In this document: piece after piece, positions 47,069 through 48,749 of the stretch | Layout of the letters: each line of letters begins with the position of its first letter | Numbering within the stretch: position 1 is the first letter of the stretch | Made by a program: the position numbers and the translations under genes | Assembly: GCF_004010195.1 (NCBI RefSeq) | Contig: NC_057749.1 | Location: 15,627,690-15,676,438, forward strand | DNA length: 48,749 bases | DNA from: Chiloscyllium plagiosum | Taxonomy: Eukaryota | Direction of reading: 5' to 3' | The notes under the pieces: model-generated | Database searches by the model: none | Seen by the model: the letters and a program-made list of their open reading frames with translations, nothing else | Told to the model about the DNA's origin: nothing

Positions 47069-48016
47069 CTGAAACACAACAGGTACACACTGTCAGTGCG
47101 ACTGAGGCCAGTGACGGGCAGCTTGGAAATGATCAACATCCCTCTACGCTGGAGATTCTGCTGATGAGTACTGGCCCAGGGTTTCACACTAACTGGACCA
47201 CATTTTCAAGCGACAGTGTCCAGTGCTGAAGCAAACGGAACTGGGCACCTCGCCAGCCCTTACTCCCACAGGGGCTCTCTCTCTCTCTATCTGTCCCTGC
47301 TGGGATCAGATAGGAGGCAGGGGCTCTCTCTCTGTCCCTCCTGGGATCAGACAGGAGGTAGGTCAGTGCTGAGGTAGCTGCACCCCTCCTCGAGCAGTCG
47401 CAGCCTGCAGGTGTGACCGGGGAGATTCTCTCTCTCTCTCCCGGCCCGGTGGCAATGCTGTCCTGTGGGGGTGAGTGCACACTGCTGCTGCAGTATCGGC
47501 TCTCTCCCTGAGTACCGCATGTCTGTCTCCGATGTGACAGGGGTAGCTCAGAGTCAGGGAGGCTGACCACGCAGCCCCACTGAAGAGGAACAAGTCCGTC
47601 CTCCAGCACCGCGCACGCCCCTCCAGCCCGAGAGAATGTTAGGTCCGTTGTTAAATCAAAAGGCCCCGTCTCCCCCGGTTTTAACAGATCCCCAGCCTGT
47701 CTCAGGGGCAGTCCCCTCCACTGCCCTGGTCAATACCCATCCCTCGACCAAGACCTAGGGTTATCGCCCTCATCATTACACTGCTGTCTGTGGGATCTTG
47801 CACAAATTTGCAGCCGCCATTACAGCAGGGGTTACACGTCAGAACCATTAAATGGGCCGTGACATGCTCCAGGGAGGCCGGAGCTGGGCAAAGGCACTAT
47901 ATAAATGCAAGTCTTGTTGAGAACAATCTCATCGCCCCCGCTTTTCTGCTGGTGCTCTTCCCCGAGATGGGGTAGGGGACAGGCAGGGGGAGTGGGGAGG
48001 GGGAGATCTCTCTTAC

Positions 48017-48111
48017 CTGGGCTTCATTGAAATCCTGCAGAATGTAACCCCCACCAGCGCGGAGCTGCCTCTCGGTGTACTGCTTGTTGTAGGCTGCAGT
48101 CTCCACGTACT
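48017..48111 (-). CDS. TP53BP1: TP53BP1 coding exon, 95 bp (BRCT1)
   Basis: minus strand ttctgttag|AG TAC...; (E)YVETAAYNKQYTERQLRAGGGYILQDFNEAQ; |gtaaga. Confidence 0.93.
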
Positions 48112-48527
48112 CTAACAGAAAAACACAGGCACAGTCAGATCCCAGCACCAATCACCCCCTCACCCTTAACCAGCCAGATACTTGGGGGAGGGGAGGGGAG
48201 GGGAGGGGGCTTAAAGAGGTGCCTGATGTCTCCAGAAGTGAAGGGATCACTGACAGAATCTCAGCAGAGCACAGGTCTGGGATCTCCGTCTCTGTGCAGG
48301 CCTCACAGGATCGGTGGGGGGAGCGAAGGTAGAATCACTAATTCAGTCCCCAATACACTCACCACCCCCCCCCCCCACCCCCTTTTGGGCCACAGTGGTA
48401 ATGTCCCTACGTCTAGGCTAGGAGCCCCGGGCTCGAGTCCCACTTCTCCCTGTGGGGTATCATATCGTCTCTGAACAGGTTCATTAAAAACCAGGCATTA
48501 ACTCCCAGTGTCTTCACTCATTCACAG

Positions 48528-48729
48528 GGATTGGCTGGAGATTAAAACGGTTCCTAGTCCATTGTACCCGTCCCTCCTCCTCCCATCGCTCCACCGCCCC
48601 GTATCCATCCCTCCCCACCCTGTGTCGAGGATTGGCTGGAGATTAAAACGGTTCCTAGTCCATTGTACCCGTCCCTCCTCCTCCCATCGCTCCACCGCCC
48701 CGTATCCATCCCTCCCCACCCTGTGTCGA
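48528..48729 (+). repeat. 101-bp tandem duplication (2 near-identical copies, partial third)
   Basis: GGATTGGCTGGAGATTAAAACGG at 48528 and 48629. Confidence 0.9.
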
Positions 48730-48749
48730 TCTCCCACCGCCCCGTGTCT

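Larger units (their letters stand above)
44259..48111 (-). other. TP53BP1: TP53BP1 gene, last four coding exons (tandem BRCT domains); remainder lies beyond the window
   Basis: Spliced translation matches the 53BP1 C-terminus ([61 protein letters not shown]...HPKYKH). Confidence 0.96.

Noticed and set aside
47184..47609. 141-aa minus-strand ORF in a TP53BP1 intron
   Set aside because: Includes simple and duplicated repeats; flanking exons already join in frame matching the human protein

Overview
Vertebrate genomic DNA, almost certainly a shark or other elasmobranch, inferred from HE1-type V-SINEs, HER1/CR1 LINEs, Deu-domain SINEs and a ~70-bp shark-type minisatellite. It holds the 3' parts of two convergent genes. 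On + are the last 11 coding exons of TUBGCP4 (gamma-tubulin complex component 4, 1548-26556). On - are the last 4 coding exons of TP53BP1 (tandem BRCT region, 48111-44259). This is the same tail-to-tail arrangement as in human. All introns are GT-AG and exon phases join into open frames. Introns and the ~16 kb intergenic region are filled with nested retroelements. Most notable: (i) a decayed GalEa-like Ty1/Copia LTR retrotransposon (5' LTR, tRNA-Met-like PBS, gag/CCHC, protease, integrase) in the largest TUBGCP4 intron; (ii) about ten Penelope-like terminal fragments carrying minimal hammerhead-ribozyme cores, several arranged as inverted-repeat hairpins; (iii) solo LTRs with TSDs; (iv) a CpG-rich candidate cassette exon. 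There are two assembly gaps. Exon numbers follow my recollection of the human gene. Repeat boundaries were estimated by eye.
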